Below, one piece after another: positions 29,708-39,227 of a DNA stretch of 64,000 bases. Source of the stretch: a virus; IMG/VR virus record IMGVR_UViG_3300045988_080502, positions 1-64,000 of that record. One strand, written 5' to 3'. Under the pieces are notes generated by a model that was not told where the DNA came from, did not search any database, and worked only from the letters and a program-made list of their open reading frames with translations. The first letter of the stretch is position 1. Every line of letters starts with the position of its first letter. The translations under genes and the position numbers were made by a program.

Positions 29708-29941
29708 TTAAGCTACTCCAGCTTTTCTTGCTACTCTTGCAAGAATTTTATAGTCTGTGCTATCTTCTGCAACCAATTTACATGGCTTTCCAATTAGAGC
29801 AAATAAACCAAGCAGACTACGAGCATCAACCATAATCATACCGTCATTAGAATGAACCCAAAGTACATCTGGAGTTTTACTCGCTACGGCATTTAGACGC
29901 TCAACATCACTTGTGCTTTTGATATTAATATCCATTACCAT
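29708..29941 (-). CDS. hypothetical protein
   Basis: ORF within the tRNA array. Confidence 0.35.
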   Translation of the reverse strand: MVMDINIKSTSDVERLNAVASKTPDVLWVHSNDGMIMVDARSLLGLFALIGKPCKLVAEDSTDYKILARVARKAGVA

Positions 29942-29956
29942 TTTATCGACCTCCTT

Positions 29957-30208
29957 TTATATTCTCCATGTACGAAACTCTTTGAACTGCTCTTCCAGAT
30001 CTTGTTGATAGTTATAAACTTCAAGAACCCGTTGCATATTTAAACTATTGGTTCTATCAATAAGACTAATCGCTTCATTTATATCAACTGCATAAATAGG
30101 GTAATCTTCAAAGGAAAATTCATCAACTGCAATAATGCAGTATTGATTGATACCATTATCACCATGGATTACCATATCGCGAACTTCTGCATAACTTGCT
30201 ATAGACAT
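29957..30208 (-). CDS. hypothetical protein
   Basis: ORF within the tRNA array. Confidence 0.35.
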   Translation of the reverse strand: MSIASYAEVRDMVIHGDNGINQYCIIAVDEFSFEDYPIYAVDINEAISLIDRTNSLNMQRVLEVYNYQQDLEEQFKEFRTWRI

Positions 30209-30226
30209 GGTACTCTCTCCTTTTAT

Positions 30227-30301
30227 TGGCAGGGCGAGTAGGATTCGAACCTACAGTCATGGTTTTGGAGACCATTGGTTTAGCCATTAACCGATCGCCC
30301 T
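30227..30301 (-). tRNA. tRNA-Trp (CCA)
   Basis: Anticodon arm auggu cuCCAaa accau; CCA end. Confidence 0.8.
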
Positions 30302-30540
30302 ATGTAAGCTGAGCGTCCCCAGCCCTAATCGAGTTACTTTGGAGCTGCTTCCACTGACGGGCGAACTCGATAAACAAAAGCCTTTTGTTCTACACTCTAG
30401 TCAAAGCAGCATGACACCCTAGTGTAGCATGGCCTCTGTGGTCTTTGTCCCACAAAGAATTTTTCGAACCGAACTCTTTGCACATGATAGAATTTTGCGT
30501 TAGGTATTCACCCTGCCATCTATCAAGGCTGACATTCGGT

Positions 30541-30617
30541 TGGTGCTCCGAGGCAGATTTGAACTGCCGACCTCGCGATTATCAGTCGCATATTCTAACC
30601 AACTGAACTACCGAAGC
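30541..30617 (-). tRNA. tRNA-Ile (GAU)
   Basis: Loop cuGAUaa; CCA. Confidence 0.8.
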
Positions 30618-30843
30618 ATATAATAGGTTCGTTTCGGCGTCACACGCATTGAGGAGAACCATTTCCCCAGTCTGAGGCCTTAGGGCATACCTCGACAACA
30701 GCCCAGCGTTATGTCCGCCAACAGAAAGTTTTTTGACACCCAGTTTATCACTTTCAACTTTTCCGCCGAAGAATGGCGTGGCTTTCCTTTATACACCTCC
30801 GAGGAGGAGCTTCCCGCAGTCTATTCGCCCCGGCTACGAGGGG

Positions 30844-30919
30844 TGGAGCAAGATACCGGATTCGAACCGGCCCTTTCTGCTTGGAAGGCAGACGTGCTAG
30901 CCGCTAACACTAATCCTGC
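30844..30919 (-). tRNA. tRNA-Gly (UCC)
   Basis: Anticodon arm ucugc cuUCCaa gcaga; CCA. Confidence 0.75.
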
Positions 30920-31188
30920 ATATGGTAGTTTCCCTGTTTTTTAGAGGTACTACCTAACCCAAGTCGACTTTGTCGTTTGTTCACAGATAACCCGCTCAAA
31001 CAAAACAAACCAAAATGCGGAGATGAACGAAATTGTTTTCTTCTTCTTGAATCAGAGAATCGTCATCAAGTTGTCCCTAAGTCATGCAGTCTTCGTAACG
31101 CCAGACTACCAGAAACGCTACTCGGTTTAACCTTGACTGAAAATTCTCGTGCACAGAATAACAGTTGTGTCTCACTCAAGAGTAGAAA

Positions 31189-31265
31189 TGGTGCATGTGG
31201 CGAGATTCGAACTCGCGACTCCCTGCTTAAAAGGCAGGTGCTCTAGCCTACTGAGCTACACACGC
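31189..31265 (-). tRNA. tRNA-Lys (UUU)
   Basis: Loop cuUUUaa; CCA. Confidence 0.8.
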
Positions 31266-31277
31266 GACTGTAAACTT

Positions 31278-31517
31278 TTAAAGTTCACTTAGGATATTAT
31301 CGAGAATCTTTTCAAAATCTTCATCCTCAACATAGAACATCTCATTCATAGTTTTACGATCAGTAAGAGAATGATCTGCATTATATCTACAAACTAGCAC
31401 TTCAAGAAATTGCCAAAAGCGCAGATTTGGATTAGTCTTTCGCCAAATAACCTCAATCTTATTAGCAATACTAGAAATGCGATTTGCGTCTCTCACACTT
31501 AATCCTCCTCTAGCCAC
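31278..31517 (-). CDS. hypothetical protein
   Basis: ORF. Confidence 0.35.
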   Translation of the reverse strand: MARGGLSVRDANRISSIANKIEVIWRKTNPNLRFWQFLEVLVCRYNADHSLTDRKTMNEMFYVEDEDFEKILDNILSEL

Positions 31518-31774
31518 ATATCTTCACTAAACAATTCTCGATATTTGTCATCATCGACAATTAACTGTCTACATCTGCGGGCTTCAGGCTTTGCGTCGTA
31601 TCTATCAAGGAATTTAGCATCATCAGTTAAGAACCCTTGCACTAAATCTTCTTTATCCCATTCATACCCCATCTGATATGCTTCTTCGAGGCAATCTGCA
31701 TGGCGCTTCCCGCAAATAATTACAGGGTACTTACTAAAGTGAGGAATAAATTTAATTGCAGAAGCAATAATCAT
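31499..31774 (-). CDS. hypothetical protein
   Basis: ORF with promoter/leader motif at ~31790-31830. Confidence 0.4.
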   Translation of the reverse strand: MIIASAIKFIPHFSKYPVIICGKRHADCLEEAYQMGYEWDKEDLVQGFLTDDAKFLDRYDAKPEARRCRQLIVDDDKYRELFSEDMWLEED

Positions 31775-32056
31775 AACTCAAAACTTCCTTTCCTTAACTT
31801 TCTATATATATTATATAATAAAAATTAAGAATTTTCAAAAAGATTTTTATGCTTGAGTTTTCTATTAAAGGAACCTTTTCCTTTCTTTGCTCTTGTTATA
31901 GAACCTCTCTGTTTAAAATGAAGATATTCTTGCAGCTCTTCTGGAGATTTCTTTTGAGCCTGCTTTATAGTTTTTAAATTCATTTTACTAGACCTCTTTT
32001 CATCTTATTATGTACCAAAAACATATGATTTAAAGTTGCTGAATAGGTCTATGGGG

Positions 32057-32133
32057 TGTACGACGAGACTTGAACTCGCACCTCTCAGAACCACAATCTG
32101 ATGCTCTACCAATTAAGCTACGCACAACATATT
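32057..32133 (-). tRNA. tRNA-His (GUG) with encoded G-1
   Basis: Loop uuGUGgu; 8-position acceptor with G-1 opposite C73 but U1-C72 mismatch; CCA. Confidence 0.7.
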
Positions 32134-32309
32134 AGCAATAGATTTTAATATCGGGTATTAGCCTCCGGCCTTTGCGCTCGGAATTGGCGGTACAATTCTC
32201 TGCGCCCTATCTAACCCTATCCGACTCGATTTACCATACGGACTGCTTGATAAAGTGGCCACAATATCTTGCAGGCTTTCTTGCCGCGTTTAAACGCCTC
32301 TGCCGAGGC

Positions 32310-32385
32310 TGGAGCTGGATAAGAGACTCGAACTCTTAACCTATCGCTTACAAGGCGATTGCTCTACCTATTGAGCTAATCCAGC
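32310..32385 (-). tRNA. tRNA-Thr (UGU)
   Basis: Loop cuUGUaa; CCA. Confidence 0.8.
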
Positions 32386-32473
32386 GTATAATGGCCGGTA
32401 TAAACCCCGGCTCGGGTTAAGAAAATCGACAGTATGCTCGTTTCCGCACTATACACCAACCGCCAGCTTAATC

Positions 32474-32606
32474 GCCGGTCGTATGGGAGTCGAACCCATT
32501 CCTCTGTCTTTCGGTTTTGGCCTTCTCTTCCCCATAGGCTCCCGCAGCAGTACCGAAAAACTTGACGAGATTATATTGAAGTTGTTTTTGTCTCATTGAG
32601 ACCGGC
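32474..32606 (-). ncRNA. aberrant tRNA-like RNA (~133 nt)
   Basis: 7-bp terminal stem gccgguc/gaccggc and T-arm auggguucgacucccau. No D/anticodon cloverleaf, 2 extra nt before the 3' acceptor strand, no CCA. Confidence 0.35.
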
Positions 32607-32769
32607 AGGCGGCTATACTTCCAAACCTTCACAAGCCCTATTATTTCGTTAATCGCTTGTATTATCACCGCAAGCAAACGGAACTACTTAGTCGGTTTTC
32701 GTAGTTGACACAATAGCCTCGTTTATATGCGGCCGGCATATATAACAGTGTCTTATCCCGATTGGCTAT

Positions 32770-32862
32770 TGGCGAAGGGGAGAGGATTCGAACCTCCGGA
32801 CCGTGTTTCCACAATCAAGGGATTAGCAATCCCTCGCATTCAACCTACTCTGCCACCCCTCC
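32770..32862 (-). tRNA. tRNA-Ser (GCU)
   Basis: 93 nt class II; anticodon arm aggga uuGCUaa ucccu; CCA. Confidence 0.7.
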
Positions 32863-33260
32863 AAATATGTTTCCTCTGCGTTTTATGGGCTTGGAACCAT
32901 CACCTATCGGAGGCCGCATTAAACATAAAAGTTATCTATCACTATGAATAACTTCTGTTTCTGCGAAAATGAAATCATCAATATCCATCATTTTTTAATA
33001 CCTCCTTAATTTATTTTAATCGGTAGTGCCATTCTAACAGCCTATCTTGCACTTTTGATAGGTTCCCGATTCGCTAGTCTTTTATATATAAATCTCTATT
33101 GAGAAAATAATCGGTGCCAACTTAATTTTTTAACGAGGTCGTTGACTTCCATCCCCGAACTCTTTTCGTTACTCCAGATTTTATCTCTCAGCCAGCCGAT
33201 TTCTTTATACAGCGCTATATAAAGCCGCTTCAACTGAGCCTTTAGGTTCTTGGCACCTAA

Positions 33261-33335
33261 TGGGTGCGGGAGCGAGAATTGAACTCGCGTAATCGAGTTT
33301 ATGAGACTCGACTGGGAACCAACACCCTTCCCGCG
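33261..33335 (-). tRNA. initiator-like tRNA-Met (CAU) with C1-A72 mismatch
   Basis: Anticodon arm cgagu cuCAUaa acucg; acceptor cgcggga/ucccgca with unpaired C1-A72; CCA. Confidence 0.55.
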
Positions 33336-33647
33336 ATATACAGCTATTAGAATTAAATTATAATGAAACCAAAATATATTTTTACTACTTAACGCCTAGA
33401 CACTCTTGAGTTGGTCTGCGTTGCCACTCCTCGCTTTTTATTCTCGCCTCATATATTCTATATTTTGGAATAACTCTAATAGCCACGGTACTCTTGCGCC
33501 CCTCCGCTGGATGTATCAGCCGGAACCGTTTCACTTTAATTAAGCAAGGGCGTGCCACATATCAATAATTCATTCTTGCCGTACCATACTCTACGCACAA
33601 GAAAGGCCCGTCTTTTCTTTCACTCGAAACTGTGGAACCCATACATC

Positions 33648-33719
33648 TGGTGACCTTGGAGGGATTCGAACCCATCAACCTCGAGAGGGTGGCGACTTTG
33701 CCATTTCGTCGACAAGGCC
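33648..33719 (-). tRNA. compact tRNA, probable anticodon CUC (Glu)
   Basis: 72 nt. Acceptor ggccuug/caagguc+A+CCA; D-stem cgac/gucg; anticodon loop cuCUCga with one stem mismatch; 3-bp T-stem. Confidence 0.4.
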
Positions 33720-33758
33720 ATTTAAAGAGCAGTTTATTGACTTGCTCAGGTCTTTTAG

Positions 33759-33995
33759 TTAATCGCTAAGTTCGACGGCGCCACATTTAGTGAACACCTG
33801 CACGGGAGTTCCGTTCAACTCGTTGTCCTCAAGAATGGAATAATCACAAATATAAACATTTGTGTTACCAACCTTGCGAAGCGGGTTTCCGCAATTAGAA
33901 CACTTACGTTCCTTTTCCACATTCTGCGGAACCTTAATTCCGAGAGCCTTACCAAGCTCTACGAAAGAGTTGAACTTCCCGTGAACATTCTTCAT
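33759..33995 (-). CDS. zinc-ribbon protein
   Basis: CSNCGN...CDYS motif. Confidence 0.4.
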   Translation of the reverse strand: MKNVHGKFNSFVELGKALGIKVPQNVEKERKCSNCGNPLRKVGNTNVYICDYSILEDNELNGTPVQVFTKCGAVELSD

Positions 33996-34031
33996 AATAG
34001 CAATCTCCTTTTCTATTGTTTAATCTTCTGA

Positions 34032-34637
34032 CTAGATAAACTTCCAAATAAATCCGTAAGCAGTTTTTCTTTGACCATTAGCACATTGACTTATATGCGC
34101 CCTCGGTTTACCAATCGAACGCCCTGCCGCGGAGAGATTTTCGAATACCGCCAATAATTCTCCATTTTCAGAATATTGAGCCACTGGTCTACCATATTCT
34201 TTACCAACTTCAGCCGGAGTTTTAACAATTTCATTGGCTTGATTTACTATCCTGCCGACAGTATGTTCATCATACCCTAGAATATCAGCAGTCTTTTTTA
34301 TTTTATGGGTTTCTCGAAAAACACGCAGAACTAAATCATAATCTATATATCTACGTCCATCACCACCTTGGGTTGCATTATATCCATGCTTAAAACTCCC
34401 AAGCTGTTCAATCCAGTAAATTTCTCTCTCTTCTGGATTATTTGTTTCTTCAATTAGTTCAATATGAAAATGTTCAACTCCATATTTTCGCATCGCAGAA
34501 TACAAAGGACGCTTTTCGCTACGCTCCTTAAAAGCATCTCTACAATGTTCTTTAAAGCGTTTTTCGATAGAAAATTCAGTTTTTCCGACATAAATTTTAT
34601 CATTTATGTCATTGATAATCTAATAAATGTATGCCAT
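34032..34637 (-). CDS. GIY-YIG homing endonuclease with in-frame TAG at 34620-34622
   Basis: MAYIYQIINDINDKIYVGKTE (Q is TAG) ... EREIYWIEQLGSFKHGYNATQGG ... YGFIWKF. Track ORF 34032..34505 is the in-frame remainder. Confidence 0.7.
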
Positions 34638-34717
34638 AACTAAATGACTCCTTTTTATATTTCTTGGTATTAGTAATAGCAGAGTACACCACGTGCAGGT
34701 TCCAAGATTTGTACTCC

Positions 34718-34789
34718 TACTCGGTACGGGAGTCGAACCCGTGTTTCTGGCGTGAAAGGCCAGCGTCTTTACCACTTGACTAACCGAGC
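34718..34789 (-). tRNA. tRNA-Glu (UUC), no encoded CCA
   Basis: Anticodon arm cuggc cuUUCac gccag; acceptor gcucggu/accgagu. Confidence 0.7.
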
Positions 34790-35041
34790 ATATCTGCACT
34801 TTTAATAATCTCTTTCTGTCTTATTTAATAATAGCCATTGTTTATTATAAGCTATACTGTCATTACTATATATAAAGAGAATATTAACTTATCTTCTAGT
34901 TGGTGAACAGCGGCGTCACTGAAAACCACCTATTTCTATTAAGGACGGAAATAGGAATGCCCTATTGTTCTTATGGCAATGAAATCAATAAAAACCTGTA
35001 ATCATTAGACGGTATCATATATAATTATTAGTAGATACCTA

Positions 35042-35117
35042 TGGTGGAACATACGAGGGTCGAACTCGTGACCTCCTGCTTGCAAGGCAGGCGCTCTCCC
35101 AACTGAGCTAATGCCCC
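35042..35117 (-). tRNA. tRNA-Ala (UGC)
   Basis: Loop cuUGCaa; G3-U70 Ala identity pair; CCA. Confidence 0.8.
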
Positions 35118-35300
35118 ATATTGTGATTAAGATGATTGGTCGTGTCAATCAAGGAGAACTACGCTCTAATTTATCGGCTACTACAGTCCAATGTGCCAGG
35201 CATCAACCTAAAAGGGACACCGCATTGCTGATTCGCTTGCGCGCTATCGCTGCCTATATACGACTTGCGATACTTTGTTCTTTCTTAACCTTATATAAAT

Positions 35301-35329
35301 ATTATACAATATTTTTTATTGTTTTTCAA
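35301..35329 (-). promoter_or_regulatory. sigma70 consensus promoter (TTGAAA-N17-TATAAT)
   Basis: Minus-strand read tttgaaaaacaataaaaaatattgtataat. Nearly identical 45-nt copy at 36583-36627. Confidence 0.6.
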
Positions 35330-35372
35330 ATTGGCGATGACGACGGGGTTTGAACCCGTGACCTTCGGCGTG

Positions 35373-35838
35373 CCTTAGTGATTATAGTGTGGATAGAATA
35401 TCTTCAGCTTTAAAATCTTTAGCCTGCTTTTGAGTAGATAATCTTGTGGCAACAGTCCAAAACTTAGTCTCTACTGTTCCAAAAACAGGGAACATATAAA
35501 ACTTTCCATTAAACTCTGTCATAAAATAGTCTACATCTTTAGCAGAATAAGTCATTTTTTTAACCTTTCCGTTTTCTCGCACTTCATATTTAGTACGAAC
35601 AAGAAATCCAGTTTCCTCTACTGGCATAGCGTGCTTTACTTGAATTTTATAGAATTTGCCGTTCTTCTCTATCACTAAATCATACTTTTGATGATTTCCA
35701 ATCGGGATAAGAACATTCCAACCATTCTCAATTAAATACACCTAACATTTAAGTTCTGTAATATCTCCAATCTGAGACGGATTTAATTTCTCCAATGCTA
35801 TCAATCCTCTCTCTAAAGATATTCTCTATCAATCTCCA
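35373..35838 (-). mobile_element. tRNA intron (group I-like candidate) carrying an ORF
   Basis: 466 nt between anticodon positions 35 and 36. 5' exon ends in U and the intron ends in G. Contains ORF 35382..35741. Confidence 0.5.
35382..35741 (-). CDS. intron-encoded PD-(D/E)xK-like nuclease (candidate homing endonuclease)
   Basis: 119 aa; YDLVIEKNGKFYKIQVK resembles the D-x(n)-E-x-K catalytic motif. Confidence 0.4.
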   Translation of the reverse strand: MYLIENGWNVLIPIGNHQKYDLVIEKNGKFYKIQVKHAMPVEETGFLVRTKYEVRENGKVKKMTYSAKDVDYFMTEFNGKFYMFPVFGTVETKFWTVATRLSTQKQAKDFKAEDILSTL

Positions 35839-35980
35839 AGACAGGCCGACGTTCTAGCCTACTGAACTACGCCACCGTATAAGGCGAGGAAGGGTCGTAC
35901 GCACCCCGTGTGCTTTGTGCCTCGTCGTTTCACATATATCACACTTCTGACTTATTGAGCATGGGAAATCAGTAGAAACC

Positions 35981-36067
35981 ATGGTGCGCATGATGGGACT
36001 TGAACCCATACGCTCTTTCGAACACGAGCACCTCAAGCTCGCCTGTCTGCCTATTCCAGCACACGCG
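35981..36067 (-). tRNA. tRNA-Leu (GAG)
   Basis: 87 nt class II; anticodon arm cgagc uuGAGgu gcucg; A73; CCA. Confidence 0.75.
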
Positions 36068-36226
36068 CATATCTCTATGGTATTGATCGAGTTCCAAGGC
36101 TTCCTCTTTTAATACTGACTAGCCATCATAAATGCTTGGCCATTTACGACAAGAAATCCAGTCTTCAACTACGGGCCATAGCTCCGCCGGTTTATATGGG
36201 TTTAAGACAATGTCACCGGAACCATC

Positions 36227-36303
36227 TGGTGTTCCCGGCGGGAGTCGAACCCGCAACATCATGGTTCTAAACCACGCGTGTCTGCCTATTGCACCACGAG
36301 AAC
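36227..36303 (-). tRNA. tRNA anticodon UAG (Leu CUN codons) with class-I short variable arm
   Basis: Anticodon arm cgugg uuUAGaa ccaug, 5-nt variable region, A73, Leu-like D-loop aauaggcagac shared with the neighbouring tRNA-Leu(GAG). Confidence 0.6.
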
Positions 36304-36429
36304 ATAAAAGAGCAACTATTTGTTTCAGAACTACCCGTCGCTCTATTGGGCCAGCCTATTATTTTAGTTCGCAGTGGACGAATTGAGAGTTTAGGGTTAA
36401 AGTCGCGGCGCTACTCACAAACTCGACTT

Positions 36430-36506
36430 TGGCGGGAAGGGTGGGGCTCGAACCCACGACATCTTGCTTAACAGGCAAGCGCTCTACTCTTCTGAGCTAC
36501 CGACCC
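36430..36506 (-). tRNA. tRNA-Asn (GUU) with two acceptor-stem mismatches
   Basis: Anticodon arm cuugc cuGUUaa gcaag; acceptor 5' gggucgg vs 3' ccuuccc (U4-U69, C5-U68 mismatched); CCA. Confidence 0.45.
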
Positions 36507-36594
36507 AAGCTCAAGGCAGAATAAATAAACTTTCTTAAACCAAAAATAAGTGTTTTATTTAATAAAAGATTTGCTGTGTCTGCCTTATATAAAT

Positions 36595-36623
36595 ATTATA
36601 CAATATTTTTTATTGTTTTTCAA
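36595..36623 (-). promoter_or_regulatory. sigma70 consensus promoter (TTGAAA-N17-TATAAT)
   Basis: Duplicate of the 35301-35329 promoter. Confidence 0.6.
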
Positions 36624-36826
36624 AAAAGATTCAGTTGTTTAGCTTCATCATAAGAAATACCAAAGGTATCCTTGAAAGTTGCGTTAAAGTTCTCCCACTG
36701 TTCCTCGGGGCCACCAACTCCACCATTCATAAGCCAAATAGCATCACAAATACTATCCTCATTTTTATAACAAGAAAGAGCCTCGGCCGCGAGTTGTGCA
36801 AGATATAACTTCTTATCCATATGCAA
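36620..36826 (-). CDS. hypothetical protein
   Basis: ORF with leader motif upstream. Confidence 0.4.
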   Translation of the reverse strand: MHMDKKLYLAQLAAEALSCYKNEDSICDAIWLMNGGVGGPEEQWENFNATFKDTFGISYDEAKQLNLF

Positions 36827-37040
36827 CTTCCTTTCTTACTTTCTATAAATATTATATCATATTTATAAAAGTTTTTCAAATGTTTTCAAGACGCTAGCTA
36901 TTTAGCTCCGGAAATCGGATTCGAACCGATAATTTTTCACTTTGAGTTGAAATGTCTTAACCATTTGACTATTCTGGAAATAGATTTGCTGTATGCGTCT
37001 TATAGCAAGAGGGCCCTCCTATTGGGTCTGTCCTCTTAAA

Positions 37041-37116
37041 TGGTACTCCGAGCTGGACTCGAACCAAGCATCAAGCGATTATAAGTCGCCCGTTCTAACC
37101 TTTGAACTACCGGAGT
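37041..37116 (-). tRNA. tRNA-Ile (UAU)
   Basis: Anticodon arm ggcga cuUAUaa ucgcu; CCA. Confidence 0.65.
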
Positions 37117-37454
37117 ATAGATAAAGTGAGTATTTTATTTAACGCATATCAGCCCCACTCACGCCTTACCTGTGCAATTATTTATAGTTACTGTCGATAA
37201 CTTATATAAATATTATATAATATTTATTTTTATTTTTCAAATAATCAATAAGGAGTAGGTGTTCCATAAAGACCAGTAATATCAATATCATTACATAGAT
37301 CTCTAGTCACACAAGTTTCAAGTTCTGCCTGAGAAATAATCTCTTCCTCCGCTAGAGGTTCATCACTCTCAATAGTAGCAAGGATAGTGAAAGAAACTGC
37401 ATAAGTATATTTACTCATAAACTCAAAACTTCCTTTCCTTAACTTTCTATATAT

Positions 37455-37483
37455 ATTATATAATAATTTTTTTTATTTTTCAA
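37455..37483 (-). promoter_or_regulatory. sigma70 consensus promoter (TTGAAA-N17-TATAAT) with conserved leader
   Basis: Minus read cttgaaaaataaaaaaaattattatataat followed by atatagaaagttaaggaaaggaag. Confidence 0.55.
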
Positions 37484-37593
37484 GGAAGCGTAAGTTCTAG
37501 AAAATATTTCTCTTACGCTTCCCTTTTAGTAAGGAAGTTTGTACTATTATTAAACTTTATATTAAATATCTTAATTACCCATACCCAAAATTT

Positions 37594-37902
37594 TTAATCA
37601 GTAATTCCCAACTTGGCTTTAAGTTCCTCAATCTTAGCTTTATCCTCTGGAGCCAACTCAGTTGGAGTAAAACTATTTGCGGATGGAGTATCAGAACTTG
37701 ATGTAGAGAGCGTACTATCTCCTCCGCCCGCGATCGGTGTCTTAGGCATTGTAAGTGATACAGCAATCTGAACAACTTCTCCACTCGCTCCATCTTTTAC
37801 TGAAATGTAAATCTTTTTATCCGAAACAAAAGAACCTTCAAATGTTGAAAGAATTGTCTTTGTAATTAGGTCTTTCGCTGCGTCTCCTCGTCTAACTGCC
37901 AT
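37594..37902 (-). CDS. hypothetical protein
   Basis: ORF. Confidence 0.4.
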   Translation of the reverse strand: MAVRRGDAAKDLITKTILSTFEGSFVSDKKIYISVKDGASGEVVQIAVSLTMPKTPIAGGGDSTLSTSSSDTPSANSFTPTELAPEDKAKIEELKAKLGITD

Positions 37903-39206
37903 TATTCATCGTCCTCCTCGATTAATCTATCCTCTTGTTTCATTAGATTATGGCAAGTCTTACAATACGGCCTACCATCCATCCAATAAATTTTATCTTC
38001 ATCATATATTCTACGATAACAACTATTACAAGTCAAGAAGAAATCTTCATCTGCCTCTTTCTCTGATATGCAGAAATTACATAAAAATGAATCTTCTCTA
38101 TTTATATGTTCTGTTCCACAACAGGGGCAAATTGGTCTTTCACCAATTTTAATTTGAAAAACATCATTAAAATATAGTTCTTCCACATATTTATTTTGAT
38201 CTAAATGCTTTGTATAATCCTCATACTTTCCATTATTCACTGATATAATCGGTGCGTATGTACTAGAAATAACTAAATCGGAATATCCTAAATAATCACT
38301 CATATCAATTACATCTCTCGTATCATGAATACGTCCACCTGCATTTATTTGATTATATATAAGTTGCTCACTACCCCATTGAGTTTGGATTACTTTAAAT
38401 CCATAATCAAGAGGAAGAGACATATCAAATTTAATCAATTTAAGTAACATATTATGTACACAAGCGAGTAAATCTCTTGATTCATATGGATATTGTCTAT
38501 TATAATAAATATTTCTGATACCATCTGTATGGACTAACATTCTCCATTTTTTGCTATTCCATTTCATTCCTAATGGAAGACATTTTAGATGCTCTTGTTT
38601 ACCATTAGATAAATAAGCAACAATAGTTGTTTTATCTACTAAATAACTAAGATTTCCACTTCTATAATCTCCATCAAGAGACTGACATGACCACCAATTT
38701 TCATTGTTTTCTGAAATAGTTAAGAAATCAAGAGGATGAATAGAAAGATATAAATATCCTTCTATTTTATTTTCTTGCATATATCTTGAAGCAGTATCTT
38801 GTGCCCATCTAACAATCTCTTGACTATTAATAAATCGCTTAAAAGATTTGGATAATTTAGAACCTAGTGGAATATTAAAAGAAGGATATGGTAATAAAAC
38901 TCTGTTATCAAAAAATCCTCCTTTATTATCTCTCAAAAATAATTCGAGATCAGTAGTTAAGATTCCGTTTTCATCAAGAGCTTGAATAAACTCTTCAAAT
39001 CTTTTATTCTTCTGCTCTTCTGTCAAAAGAATTTTAATTGGTTCCTTGCTTCTTAATATCAATTCTCCGCCAAAAAGATTTATTATATCTTTTTTCGCTT
39101 CTGCCCATTGTTCGATTAAATTTTTTGAATCGAGATAAAATGGATAATCTTGAGAATGAACAAGTACAGATTCAAAATCATTTTGTAACTTCTGTAATTC
39201 TATCAT
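37902..39206 (-). CDS. hypothetical protein with C-terminal Cys-cluster (zinc-finger) region
   Basis: 434 aa; CPCCGT...CNFC...CNSC...CKTC near the C-terminus. Confidence 0.45.
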   Translation of the reverse strand: MIELQKLQNDFESVLVHSQDYPFYLDSKNLIEQWAEAKKDIINLFGGELILRSKEPIKILLTEEQKNKRFEEFIQALDENGILTTDLELFLRDNKGGFFDNRVLLPYPSFNIPLGSKLSKSFKRFINSQEIVRWAQDTASRYMQENKIEGYLYLSIHPLDFLTISENNENWWSCQSLDGDYRSGNLSYLVDKTTIVAYLSNGKQEHLKCLPLGMKWNSKKWRMLVHTDGIRNIYYNRQYPYESRDLLACVHNMLLKLIKFDMSLPLDYGFKVIQTQWGSEQLIYNQINAGGRIHDTRDVIDMSDYLGYSDLVISSTYAPIISVNNGKYEDYTKHLDQNKYVEELYFNDVFQIKIGERPICPCCGTEHINREDSFLCNFCISEKEADEDFFLTCNSCYRRIYDEDKIYWMDGRPYCKTCHNLMKQEDRLIEEDDE

Positions 39207-39227
39207 CTATACATTATATCTCCCATC

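Larger units (their letters stand above)
35332..35874 (-). tRNA. tRNA-Asp (GUC) interrupted by an intron (exons 35839-35874 and 35332-35372)
   Basis: 5' exon ggtggcg-ta-D-arm-g-tcggc-ctgt. 3' exon cac-gccga-aggtc-T-arm-cgtcatc-g-cca. Joined they give a 77-nt cloverleaf with loop cuGUCac, G73, and acceptor fully paired (two G-U). Confidence 0.65.

Noticed and set aside
35332-35374. 3' tRNA half at 35332-35374 as a truncated pseudogene
   Set aside because: A matching 5' half (35839-35874) pairs perfectly with it across an ORF-containing insertion, so it is better explained as a split, intron-containing tRNA-Asp.
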